DNA of 64,000 nucleotides from positions 141,362,001 through 141,426,000 of the forward strand of contig CM059432.1 in the NCBI GenBank assembly GCA_030390025.1. The letters are read 5' to 3'. The DNA is from Squalus acanthias. Its lineage: Eukaryota. The position numbers and the translations under genes are program-made. Each line of letters opens with the position of its first letter. Position 1 is the stretch's first letter. Positions 63,601 through 64,000 of the stretch are shown in pieces. The notes below the pieces were generated by a model, which worked only from the letters and a program-made list of their open reading frames with translations, searched no databases and was not told the origin of the DNA.

Positions 63601-64000
63601 CCCTCCAATACTGACCATTACGTGTCCCTCCAAGGCTGACCAGAACCTGTCCCTCTAATACTGAGCAGAACCTGTGCCTCCAATACTGACCAGAAACTGT
63701 ACCTCCAATACTGACCATTACCTGTCCATCCAATACTAACCAGAACCTGTACCTCCAAAACTGACCATTAACTGTCCCTCCAATACTGACCAGAACCTGT
63801 ACTTCTAATACTGGCCAGAACCTGTCCCTCCAATACTGACCAGAACCTGTCCCTCTAATACTGACCAGAACCTTTCCCTGCAATACTGACCAGAACCTGT
63901 CCCACCAATACTGACCAGACCCTGTCCCTCCAATACTGACCAGACCCTGTCCCTCCAATACTGATGAGAACCTGTCCCTCTAATACTGACCAGACCCTGC
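54672..64000. repeat. Satellite, 25-bp unit CCTGTCCCTCCAATACTGACCAGAA, >=9.3 kb (~370 copies), running off the window end
   Basis: Directly visible tandem array with recurrent variants (CCATTA, GAGCAGAA, GTACCTCC). It starts immediately after a CR1 3' fragment. Confidence 0.98.

Noticed and set aside
54500..63958. Dozens of ORFs of type EGQVLVSIGGTGSGQYWRDRFWSVL
   Set aside because: The 25-bp unit lacks stops on the minus strand and cycles through all three frames; this is a satellite artefact.
46894..64000. CRISPR-like appearance of the regular 21-bp and 25-bp repeats
   Set aside because: Units are head-to-tail with no unique spacers, no leader and no cas genes, and the context is a vertebrate gene.
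54672..64000. Several hundred CCAAT pentamers upstream of the promoter as an NF-Y array
   Set aside because: The flanks (CT-CCAAT-AC) do not fit the NF-Y consensus (RR-CCAAT-SR), and there is no other support.

Overview
Vertebrate genomic DNA, very probably a shark or other elasmobranch, judged from the HE1/V-SINE, Deu-domain SINEs, abundant CR1 and L2 3' fragments and Penelope termini. The window holds the 5' end of the collagen XIV alpha-1 gene (COL14A1) on the minus strand. I reconstructed four coding exons by hand: 44069-43979 (signal peptide), 35123-35007 and 26655-26509 (first FN3 domain) and 21891-21793 (basic linker). All have GT-AG boundaries and phase-1 junctions, and give 151 codons. 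The next (vWA) exon was not found and is probably left of position 1. A candidate promoter and non-coding first exon lies at about 52.7-53.1 kb, between a ~5 kb 20/21-bp minisatellite (46.9-52.0 kb) and a >=9.3 kb 25-bp satellite (54.7 kb to the end). The two repeat units look related, and the 25-bp array has higher-order structure. The rest is intronic and rich in nested transposable elements. The most striking of these is a 242-bp near-perfect palindromic Penelope-type insertion with a 12-bp target-site duplication and a minimal hammerhead-ribozyme motif on each strand. There is no CRISPR array and no prokaryotic system. Almost all ORFs in the supplied track are transposon- or satellite-derived artefacts. 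Repeat family names come from recall of consensus sequences, not from a database search, and repeat boundaries are approximate unless stated otherwise.
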